Source: Alphaproteobacteria bacterium
GTDB taxonomy: Bacteria; Pseudomonadota; Alphaproteobacteria; MPNO01
Assembly: GCA_965248835.1 (NCBI GenBank)
Contig: CBDFLJ010000001.1
Coordinates: forward strand, 352,001 to 416,000
Length of the DNA: 64,000 nucleotides
Direction: 5' to 3'
A program made the translations under genes and the position numbers. Shown here piece by piece: positions 9,267 to 17,407 of this stretch (its first letter is position 1; each line of letters opens with the position of its first letter). The notes beneath the pieces were generated by a model. The model was given only the letters and a program-made list of their open reading frames with translations. It was not told the DNA's origin and ran no database searches.

Positions 9267-10928
9267 TCAGCCGTCGGACCGGTAGGCGAGGCGCGCCGCA
9301 CCCTCGGTGACATAGCCCTCGGCGAGATCGCGGGCGATTGCCTCGTCGGCACGCGTCCGCGGGTCGCCGTATCCGCCGCCGCCGGCGGTCTCGAGCATGA
9401 AGCTCTCCCCGGCCTTCAGCGCATAGCGGCCCGAAGCCGGGGTCTCCTCGGCATCGGCGCTGCCGTGGCGGATGACGAACCGGCTGGCATGGCCGGGCCG
9501 GCCGCCGGCAAGCCCCAGCGGCGGCATCCGCGCGCGGTCGTAGCGGCGGGTGACGATCGCGTCCTGGAGCAGTTCGTAGGTGCGGCGAAAGCTAAGCCCG
9601 CCGCGGAACTCACCCGCCCCGCCGGCATCGGCGACCAGCTCGAAAGCGGTGATGCGGCAGGGAAACTCGGCCTCGAGGATCTCGATCGGGGTGATGTGCA
9701 GGTTCGACAGGTGGGTCGCCACCGCCGAGCACCCGTCATGGCCGGCCCCGCCGCCATAGGCCGAGGAGAAGATTTCGTATTGCAGGCTCGCCTGGCCCTC
9801 GCGCCCGCCGCCCAGCCAGTTGATCGCAATCGAGCCTGAAGAGCCCGAGTTGGCAATCGCGCGATCGGGCCGGAAATGGGCGAGCGCCTCCAGGATCACG
9901 TCGACCAGCTTGAGGTTGGCCTTCTGGTAGGACGAGACCGGCGCCGGCGGGCGGGCGTTGGTTACGGTGTCCTGCCCGTAGACGATGTCCACGACCTCGC
10001 GCATGCCGTCGTTGAACTGGAGATCCGGGCCCAGGCAGCCGATCAGCGAATAGAACACGCAGGCCTCGACCATCGAGGGGCGCAGGTTGATCGGCCCCTT
10101 GGCCTGGCGGTCGCTGCCGCCGACATCGACGGTGATGCGCTCGCCGGCGACGGTGACGGTGGCGTTGAACCGCACCGGGCGGTCGAGCTCGACCCCGTCG
10201 TCGTCCATATGGCCGACGGCCGAGGCCACGCCGTCCGGCAGCGCCGCGACGGCCGCGCGCAGCTCGCCGGCGGCGCCATCGAGAATCGCCTGAAAGGCTC
10301 CCAGCACGGTCTCCGCCCCGAACCGTGCGCACAGCGCCTGCATGCGCTCGACCCCGAGCCGGGTCGCGGCGATCTGCGCCTTGATGTCGCCCTCCACCAG
10401 AGCCGGCTGACGGCTGTTCGCGAGGATCAGCCGGTGGATATCGCCGTCCTCTTCTCCGCCCGCGGCGATCCGGATCGGCGGCAGCAACAGCCCCTCGTGG
10501 AAGATCTCCGTCGCGTTGGACGAGGTGCTGCCCGGGTTGGTGCCACCGATATCGGCCTTGTGGGCGATCGATCCGGCGAAGCCGAGCAGCGTGCCGTCGG
10601 CGAAGATCGGCGATGCGAAGGCCATGTCGGAGACGTGCGGCAGCCCACCCTCATAGGGGTGGTTGCAAACCAGCACATCGCCCGCCGCGAGCCCGTCCTC
10701 GCCGTAGAGCGCGAGAATGCGCCCGATCAGGTGCTTGTAGACCGGGGCATGGAAGAACATCGGCGGGGCGGTGATCAGCCCTCCGCTGCGGTCGAGGATC
10801 ACGCAGCTGAAATCGCGCGATTCGCGGATGATGGTCGAATAGCCCGAGCGGTAGAAATGGTAGTGCATCTCCTCGACGAGGCTTGCGACCTTGCCGCGCA
10901 GTACCTGGACGGTGATGGGATCAACCAC
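9267..10928 (-). CDS. Hydantoinase B/oxoprolinase family subunit
   Basis: DPIT.QV, S.IIRESRDFS, NHPYEGG.PH..D, HKADIGG, EGL.LPP, GGAGEFRGG, TAGGGGYGDP. Confidence 0.93.
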   Translation of the reverse strand: MVDPITVQVLRGKVASLVEEMHYHFYRSGYSTIIRESRDFSCVILDRSGGLITAPPMFFHAPVYKHLIGRILALYGEDGLAAGDVLVCNHPYEGGLPHVSDMAFASPIFADGTLLGFAGSIAHKADIGGTNPGSTSSNATEIFHEGLLLPPIRIAAGGEEDGDIHRLILANSRQPALVEGDIKAQIAATRLGVERMQALCARFGAETVLGAFQAILDGAAGELRAAVAALPDGVASAVGHMDDDGVELDRPVRFNATVTVAGERITVDVGGSDRQAKGPINLRPSMVEACVFYSLIGCLGPDLQFNDGMREVVDIVYGQDTVTNARPPAPVSSYQKANLKLVDVILEALAHFRPDRAIANSGSSGSIAINWLGGGREGQASLQYEIFSSAYGGGAGHDGCSAVATHLSNLHITPIEILEAEFPCRITAFELVADAGGAGEFRGGLSFRRTYELLQDAIVTRRYDRARMPPLGLAGGRPGHASRFVIRHGSADAEETPASGRYALKAGESFMLETAGGGGYGDPRTRADEAIARDLAEGYVTEGAARLAYRSDG

Positions 10929-13023
10929 CGCCGCCGGGCGCCCGCGTCAGCACGAGGTTGAGATGGGCATCGACGCAAGCCGTCCAGCCGGCGGGGACGA
11001 CTGTCGTGGCGTCGAACTGCTCGACCACCGCCGGGCCGGCGAAGCGGGTGCCGGCGGCCAGGCGATCACGATCGATGATCAGCGTATCGCTCGCATCGCG
11101 GCCGTCGAAATAGACCGTGCGCCGGCCCTTGACCGCGCCGGCCGGCAGGTCGGCGCTTGCCGCCGGGGGGTGAGCGACCGGCTCGTATTTCGGCACCGCC
11201 ACCCGCACGCGCAGGCGGTAGCTGACGATCTCGACCTCCTTCTCGAGGGCGGCATGGCCGTGAATGCGGGCATGGTGGTCGTCGAACCGCCGGCGTGCGG
11301 CGGCCAGGCCCTCGGCGTCGAGCCCGCCGGGACCGAGCCCGTCGAGCGGCACGCGGAGTTCGTAGCCCTGGCCGACATAGCGCATGTCGAACTCCCGCAA
11401 CCGTTCGGCCGCACCGGGATCGAGGCCTTCGCCGGCGAGGTCCGCGTTGGCGCGCGCCTCGAGATCGCGGAATACGGCCTCGGCATGATTGGGGCGAAGC
11501 TGGCCGAGCGGGCGCAGCCCGGAGCGGACGTAGTCGTGCACGACGTTCGAACACAACAGCCCGAGCGCCGAAAACGCGCCTGGCCGTTGCGGCACCAGGA
11601 TGCGCCCCATGCCGAGCTCCTCGGCGACGCCGGCGGCGTGGACGGCACCCGCGCCGCCGAACGGCAGCAGGGCGAAATCGTGCGGATCGACGCCGCGCTT
11701 TGCTGCGACCACCCGGACCTCATCGGCCATGCGCATGTCGACGATGCGCCGGATCCCGGCGGCCGCCTCGCGCGCGGTCATGCCCAGCCGGTCGCCGATC
11801 CGGGTCCGGAGCGCGGCCGTCGCCGCCGCGACATCGAGGCTTTGCGCGCCGCCCAGCAGATGGTCGGGATTGAGATAGCCGCACACCACATCGGCATCGG
11901 TGACCGTCGGGTCCTCGCCGCCCTTGCCGTAGCATGCCGGGCCGGGCTCGGCGCCGGCACTGCGTGGACCAACCGACAGGAACCCGGCGCTGTCGATCCA
12001 GGCGATCGAGCCGCCGCCGGCCGAGATCGTCGTCAGATCGAGCGCCGGCACCCCGATCGGGCGGCGGGCGATCACGCCCTCGGTGACCTCTAGCGGTGCG
12101 CCGCCCTCGATGAAGGCGATGTCACAGCTCGTGCCGCCCATGTCGAGCGTCACCAGCCCCGTCTCGGCGTCGGCGCGCGCGAGGTAGGCGCTGGCCTGGG
12201 CACCGGCCGCGGGCCCGGACAGCAGCGTATGGACGGTCTTGCCGCCGGCGATCGCGGCGGTGAACGGCATCACCCCGCCGTTCGACTGCATCAGAAAGCG
12301 CTGCCGGGTGGTCACGCCCTCGGCATCGAGGCCGGCGGCAAGATCGCCGACATAGCGGACCAGCACCGGCTCCAGATAGGCGTTCATCAAGGTCGTGGAC
12401 ATGCGCGGCCATTCGCGCAGCCGCGGCAGCACGTCGCTCGACAGCGAGACCGTCGCCGCGGGATGGATTTCGGCGATGATCTCCTTGGTGGCCTGCTCAT
12501 GGGCGGGGTTCATGAACGAGAACAGGTAGCAGACCGCGATCGAGGCGACGTCGGCCTCGCGCAGGGATCGTGCGGCTTCGGCGACCGCGTCGCGGTCCAG
12601 CGGGGCGAGCTCGTTGCCCTGGTAATCGATCCGCCCGGAGATTTCGCGGGTCAGGCTCTGCGGGGCGATCGGCACCGGCTTCTCGTAGAAATAGTCGAAC
12701 GGGTTGCCGTCGCGCGCCTGGGATTGGACCTCCTGGATCGCGCGGTAACCCTTGGTGATCAGCATCCCGACCTTGGCGCCGCGCATCTCCAGCAGCGCAT
12801 TGGTGGTAATCGTCGTGCCGTGGGCGAAGAACGCGATCGCGCCCGGCGCCACGCCGGCGGCGGCGAACCTGCGCACGCCCTCCAGCACCGCCAGCGCCGG
12901 GTTTGCCGGCGTGCTCGCGACCTTCTCGATCGCAATCGTGCCGTCGGCGGCATTCAACAGCACCAGGTCGGTGTGGGTCCCGCCGACGTCGACGCCCAGC
13001 CGATAGCCGCCTTGCCCGCTCAT
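10921..13023 (-). CDS. Hydantoinase A/oxoprolinase family ATP-binding subunit
   Basis: GVDVGGTHTD, HGTT..TNALLE, MQSNGG, SGPAAG, DMGGTSCD, GGGSIAW, GP.SAGA.PGPACY, FGGAG; overlaps the B subunit by 8 nt. Confidence 0.94.
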   Translation of the reverse strand: MSGQGGYRLGVDVGGTHTDLVLLNAADGTIAIEKVASTPANPALAVLEGVRRFAAAGVAPGAIAFFAHGTTITTNALLEMRGAKVGMLITKGYRAIQEVQSQARDGNPFDYFYEKPVPIAPQSLTREISGRIDYQGNELAPLDRDAVAEAARSLREADVASIAVCYLFSFMNPAHEQATKEIIAEIHPAATVSLSSDVLPRLREWPRMSTTLMNAYLEPVLVRYVGDLAAGLDAEGVTTRQRFLMQSNGGVMPFTAAIAGGKTVHTLLSGPAAGAQASAYLARADAETGLVTLDMGGTSCDIAFIEGGAPLEVTEGVIARRPIGVPALDLTTISAGGGSIAWIDSAGFLSVGPRSAGAEPGPACYGKGGEDPTVTDADVVCGYLNPDHLLGGAQSLDVAAATAALRTRIGDRLGMTAREAAAGIRRIVDMRMADEVRVVAAKRGVDPHDFALLPFGGAGAVHAAGVAEELGMGRILVPQRPGAFSALGLLCSNVVHDYVRSGLRPLGQLRPNHAEAVFRDLEARANADLAGEGLDPGAAERLREFDMRYVGQGYELRVPLDGLGPGGLDAEGLAAARRRFDDHHARIHGHAALEKEVEIVSYRLRVRVAVPKYEPVAHPPAASADLPAGAVKGRRTVYFDGRDASDTLIIDRDRLAAGTRFAGPAVVEQFDATTVVPAGWTACVDAHLNLVLTRAPGGGG

Positions 13024-13032
13024 TGTGCCGGA

Positions 13033-13497
13033 CTAGTGCCCATGATCGTGATCGTGATCGTGATCATGGGGATGATGATGGTGGTGATCCGTCGGAGCCA
13101 GGATCGATTTGGGCACGGCGCGCGCGATCTCCTTGTGCAGCGCGGCCAGTTGGTGGGGCGTGACGGTGAAGCCGAGGTCGAAGCCGAACATGCGGGCCAC
13201 GAGCACGAGCTGGGCGGATTCCATGTCGCGCATGAGGCCGATATCGGAGGTCTCGATCGGCTCGATGCTCACCTTGTCGCTGTGGCCGAAGGATTTCGGG
13301 GCGACATCCTCGCGCGCCGCCGCGGCATTCCGGCCCAGCCCGACCATATAGCGGATCATCGCGGCGAGGTCGGCGTGACCGCATTCGACCTCGACCGCTT
13401 CGCCGCCGGCGCCAAGGACCCGGAAGGACACGCGCATGCCGTCCTCGCTGATACCGGGGCGGTCGAGCCGGTCGAGGCTCATATGCTGCTGGTTCAT
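13033..13497 (-). CDS. Hypothetical 154-aa protein with His/Asp-rich C-terminal tail
   Basis: ATG at 13497 overlaps the pip stop (ATGA); stop lies 9 nt before the hydantoinase A start; ends DHHHHHPHDHDHDHDHGH. Confidence 0.8.
   Translation of the reverse strand: MNQQHMSLDRLDRPGISEDGMRVSFRVLGAGGEAVEVECGHADLAAMIRYMVGLGRNAAAAREDVAPKSFGHSDKVSIEPIETSDIGLMRDMESAQLVLVARMFGFDLGFTVTPHQLAALHKEIARAVPKSILAPTDHHHHHPHDHDHDHDHGH
13041..13088. repeat. Short tandem repeats, (GATCGT)n and (GAT)n, encoding the His/Asp tail
   Basis: catgatcgtgatcgtgatcgtgatcatggggatgatgatggtggtgat read directly from the sequence. Confidence 0.7.
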
Positions 13498-14447
13498 CGT
13501 CTCTTCCCGGACTTGAGGCTCTCCGTCGCCCTGACCAAAGCCTTGCAGATTCCCGGATCCATCGCCGAGTGGCCGGAATCGGGCACCACCGTATAGTGGG
13601 CCTCCGGCCAGGCGCGGTGCAACGCATCGGCGGTGACGATCGGGCAGACCATGTCGTAGCGGCCCTGAACGATCGTGCAGGGCAGATGGCGGATGGAGTC
13701 GATCGCGCCGATCAGCCCGCCTGCGGGCAAAAAGAGCTGGTTGATGAAATAGTGCGTCTCGATCCGGGCAAGCCCGGTCGCCATCGAATCCTCGCTGAAC
13801 GCGGCCACCGTCTCGGGGCTCGGCAGGAGTGTCGAGCACGAGCCTTCGTACCGGCTCCAGGCCCGGGCGGCGGGCAGCGATATCTTGGCATCCTCGCTCA
13901 TCAGTCGGCGATGGTAGGCGCCCAGAATATCCTCGCGCTCGTTCTCCTCGAGGATCTCCACCAGCGCCTGCCAGGCCTCGGGAAAGACCGAGCGCATGCC
14001 GTAAAGGAACCATTGGATCTCCGGCGCGGTACCGAGGAAAATGCCGCGCAGGATCAGACCCGAGGTCCGCTCCGGATAGGCCTGGGCATAGGCCAATGCC
14101 AGCGTGCTGCCCCAGGAGCCGCCGAACAGCAGCCACGCCTCGATCTTGAGCATGGCGCGGATCCGTTCCATATCCGCGATCAGATGCCCGGTCGTGTTGT
14201 CGCGCAGTTCGCCGCGCGGCCTCGAGCGGCCGGCGCCGCGCTGGTCGAAGACCACGATTCGATAGTGATGGGGATCGAAGAACCGACGATGGACGGGAAC
14301 CGCGCCGGCGCCAGGACCGCCATGGAGAAAGACCGCAGGCACGCCTTCAGGGTTGCCGGAGACTTCCCAGTAGATCCGGTGAAGGTCGTCGACCGCCAGC
14401 GTGCCGCTGTCATAAGGCTCGATATGGGGATAAAGCTGCTCGCGCAT
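13494..14447 (-). CDS. pip: Proline iminopeptidase (peptidase S33)
   Basis: LYP.IEPYDSG, FLHGGPGAG, FDQRG.GRS, GGSWGSTLAL nucleophile, LRGIFL, QGRYD..CP, GHSA. Confidence 0.95.
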   Translation of the reverse strand: MREQLYPHIEPYDSGTLAVDDLHRIYWEVSGNPEGVPAVFLHGGPGAGAVPVHRRFFDPHHYRIVVFDQRGAGRSRPRGELRDNTTGHLIADMERIRAMLKIEAWLLFGGSWGSTLALAYAQAYPERTSGLILRGIFLGTAPEIQWFLYGMRSVFPEAWQALVEILEENEREDILGAYHRRLMSEDAKISLPAARAWSRYEGSCSTLLPSPETVAAFSEDSMATGLARIETHYFINQLFLPAGGLIGAIDSIRHLPCTIVQGRYDMVCPIVTADALHRAWPEAHYTVVPDSGHSAMDPGICKALVRATESLKSGKRR

Positions 14448-14495
14448 TATCGCAAGGTGATCGACCAAATTCGAGGCAACCCTCGCTGTTTGGTC

Positions 14496-15353
14496 ATGCC
14501 GGCCGAGGGGCACAAGCGTGGCGACGCACGGCGGATTGCCCCGAGGGCCGCCACATTCTACGCAAGTGTCTTGCTATGGCAACTGGCGCTGTCGCCGGCC
14601 TGGGCGGCGGCGGCGCATGCGCCCACCCCTGTCGGGACGCCGCGCGAAGGAACCGTACAGGCTGTCGTCGACGGCGACACGGTGATCCTGACCAGCGGCG
14701 CGCACGTCCGGCTGATCGGCATCCAGGCGCCCAAGCTGCCGCTGGGCCGGCAGGGTTTCAAGGCGTGGCCGCTGGCGCAAGAAGCCAAGGCGGCGCTGGC
14801 CTCGCTCGTCCTCGGCCGGCCCGTGGCGCTATCCTATGACGGGCTACGGATCGACCGGCATCGCCGCCTGCTGGCGCATCTGAGCGTCGGAGACATCGGC
14901 GGCGGCAAGCGGCTCTGGGTCCAGGAGGAGCTGCTGAACCGCGGCTTCGCCCGCGTCTACACCTTCGCCGACAACCGCGGGCGGGCATCGGCGATGCTCC
15001 AGGCGGAGCGCGCCGCGCGGGCCGCCCGGCGGGGCATATGGTCGCGGCGTTTCTATCGCATCTTGAGCCATGATCAGGCCCACAGGTTCCTCGACACCTT
15101 TCAACTCGTGGAAGGTACCGTGGTCGATGCCGCGGTCGTCAGGGGGCGCGGCTACCTCAACTTCGCGGCCGACTGGCGGCGCGACTTCACCATCTCGATC
15201 GCACCGCGCGACATTGGCAGATTCCGCCGGGCCGGCCTGGAACCCGTCGCGCTGGCCGGGCGCACGGTCCGCGTGCGCGGCTGGCTGTACTGGCGCAACG
15301 GGCCGATGATCGATGCCACCCACCCCGAGCAGTTGGAGGTGCTCGATCGATGA
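14496..15353 (+). CDS. Thermonuclease (SNase-like) with signal peptide and C-terminal OB-fold-like domain
   Basis: VVDGDT, VRLIGIQAP, DRHRRLLAHL, AE..AR..RRGIW; C-terminal YLNF..DW..DFT...VRVRGW. Start uncertain. Confidence 0.85.
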   Translation: MPAEGHKRGDARRIAPRAATFYASVLLWQLALSPAWAAAAHAPTPVGTPREGTVQAVVDGDTVILTSGAHVRLIGIQAPKLPLGRQGFKAWPLAQEAKAALASLVLGRPVALSYDGLRIDRHRRLLAHLSVGDIGGGKRLWVQEELLNRGFARVYTFADNRGRASAMLQAERAARAARRGIWSRRFYRILSHDQAHRFLDTFQLVEGTVVDAAVVRGRGYLNFAADWRRDFTISIAPRDIGRFRRAGLEPVALAGRTVRVRGWLYWRNGPMIDATHPEQLEVLDR

Positions 15354-16840
15354 TCACAAGAGTTTCGATACCGGCAGCCGTCCTGGCGATCGCCCTGCTG
15401 GCCGTCGGCGCCGGCGGGTGCACGGTCAATCCGGCGACGGGCGAGCGCGCGTTCACGGCCGGCATGTCGAACCGGCAGGAGGTCGAGACCGGCCGCAAGC
15501 TCCACCCCAGGGTCCTGGCCGAGATGGGCGGGGCCGTTGGCGACAAGGCACTGGCACGCTACGTCGACAGCATTGGCCAGTTCCTGGCGCGGACCGGCGA
15601 ACGGACCGACATCAAATACACCTTCACGGTCCTCGATTCCGACATCGTCAATGCCTTCGCCATCCCCGGCGGCTACATCTATATCAACCGCGGCCTGCTG
15701 GCGCTTGCCGATGACGAGGCCGAACTCGCCGCGGTCCTGGCCCACGAGCTCGGCCACATCACCGCGCTCCACCACGCCCGCCGCCATGGCCAGTCCTTGC
15801 TCGCCAATATCGGACTGCTTGCCGCCGGAGCGCTCGCCGGGGCCGCCGCGCCGGGCAGCGAGCGGGACATCATGAGGCTCGGCGAGCTGGTCGCGGCGGG
15901 CGCCCTGCAGAGCTACTCGCGGAAGCATGAATACCAGGCCGACGACCTCGCCATCCGCTACCTGTCGCGCGCCGGCTACGACCCTGGGGCGGTGGCGCGC
16001 TTCCTCGCCAAGCTGCGCGCCCACAGCCGACTGGAGGCGGCGATCGCCGGCAAATCCCCGGACAGCGTCGACCGGTTCGACTACCTCGCCTCCCATCCAG
16101 CGCCCAAGGCCCGCGTCACCCGCGCCGGCGCCAAGGCAAAAGGAGTCAAGGTCAAGCAGCCGATGACCGCGCGCGCGGTCTATCTCGGCAAGATCGACGG
16201 GATGATCTACGGCGGGTCCCCGGAGCAAGGCTTCGTGCGCGGCCGCGACTTCATCCACCCGAAGCTGCGGTTCCGCTTTGCCGTGCCCAAGGGTTTCCGG
16301 CTGCGCAACACGCCGAGCGCCGTGACTGCCGAGGGTCCAGACGCATCGTCGATCGTCTTCGACATGGCGCGCAATGCCGCTCGGCGCGACACGTATTTCT
16401 ACCTGACCTCCGTCTGGGCGAAGGGCGCGCGGCTGGAGCGGGTGCGCAACATCACGGTCGACCGGTTAAAGGGCACGGAGGGGTTCACCAAGGTCCAGAC
16501 GCGGCGCGGCCTTGCCGATCTACGGCTGGTCGCGATCCGCGGCAAGCACGATCGGGTCTACCGATTCATGTTCCTGTCCCCGCTCCACCGGACCGCGCGG
16601 CTAAGGCGCGGCTTCGATGCGACGCTGGGCAGCTTTCGCCGGATCGGCAGCGCTGAAGCCGCTTCGGTCAAGCCGCGGCGGCTGAAGATCGTGCGCGTCG
16701 GAAGCGGCGAGACCCAGCGCACGATGGCCGCACGCATGGCCGTCCCCGAGCGCGCATTGGAGCGTTTCCAGGTGCTCAACGGGCTCGAGCCGAGCGAGAG
16801 GCTGCGCCCGGGTCAACGGGTGAAGATCATCACCGAATAG
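15350..16840 (+). CDS. M48 family Zn-metalloprotease, probable lipoprotein with LysM-like C-terminus
   Basis: Lipobox-like AGGC then NPATG; NAFAIPGG, HELGH, YSR..E..AD, SHP; ATGA overlap with the nuclease gene. Confidence 0.9.
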   Translation: MITRVSIPAAVLAIALLAVGAGGCTVNPATGERAFTAGMSNRQEVETGRKLHPRVLAEMGGAVGDKALARYVDSIGQFLARTGERTDIKYTFTVLDSDIVNAFAIPGGYIYINRGLLALADDEAELAAVLAHELGHITALHHARRHGQSLLANIGLLAAGALAGAAAPGSERDIMRLGELVAAGALQSYSRKHEYQADDLAIRYLSRAGYDPGAVARFLAKLRAHSRLEAAIAGKSPDSVDRFDYLASHPAPKARVTRAGAKAKGVKVKQPMTARAVYLGKIDGMIYGGSPEQGFVRGRDFIHPKLRFRFAVPKGFRLRNTPSAVTAEGPDASSIVFDMARNAARRDTYFYLTSVWAKGARLERVRNITVDRLKGTEGFTKVQTRRGLADLRLVAIRGKHDRVYRFMFLSPLHRTARLRRGFDATLGSFRRIGSAEAASVKPRRLKIVRVGSGETQRTMAARMAVPERALERFQVLNGLEPSERLRPGQRVKIITE

Positions 16841-17303
16841 GCAGCGCCTCAAGCGCCGCCGCGATCACCGCGCAGGCGCGGGCGCGAGCATCCCGCCGGC
16901 CGCTCGCACGCGGCCCGGCGACGTTGAGCACGTCGATTCCGTGGTCGCCGATCCAGGCAGCCGCGCGGGCCGCAGCGCCCATGTCGTCCTCGACGTCCAT
17001 GTCGACGACCAGACAGGGGCGGCCGAGGCGCGCAGCCATACCGACCGTCGCGCCGGTCCCGCCGCTCGGCGGACCCCAGCTCAGCACCAGCGTGCCGTCG
17101 GAATCCCGGACATTGCGCCGGGTGCGCTCGATGTAGCTGGCGCTCGGGGTCTCGCGCAGGGGGTAGCACGCCGGGATCACACCGTCCTCGGCCCGGCGTC
17201 CGCGCGGGCACCAGCCGCCGCACGGCGTGCCCGCCGCGAGCGCGGCGTCGAGCGCCCCGCGGTCGACGCCGGTCTGGCCGCCGGAGATGATGCGTTCAAT
17301 CAT
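16830..17303 (-). CDS. SLOG-superfamily protein (cpYpsA / 'putative molybdenum carrier')
   Basis: IISGGQTGVDRGALD, GGWCPRGRRAEDG.IP..YPL.E, RT..NVRDSDGTL, LNVAGPRAS. Confidence 0.88.
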   Translation of the reverse strand: MIERIISGGQTGVDRGALDAALAAGTPCGGWCPRGRRAEDGVIPACYPLRETPSASYIERTRRNVRDSDGTLVLSWGPPSGGTGATVGMAARLGRPCLVVDMDVEDDMGAAARAAAWIGDHGIDVLNVAGPRASGRRDARARACAVIAAALEALPIR

Positions 17304-17407
17304 GCGCCTGCCGCATCGCCGCGCGGTGCCGAGACCCCGCCCCTTTGTCGTGGCGGCCATCATGGCGGGCGATTGCCACTGCGCAAAGCGCATCATATCT
17401 TGCGGCG

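Noticed and set aside
13498-14495. Long N-terminal extensions on the His-tail ORF (to 14136) and the thermonuclease ORF (from 13569)
   Set aside because: Both overlap pip in other frames; better starts are 13497 and about 14496.
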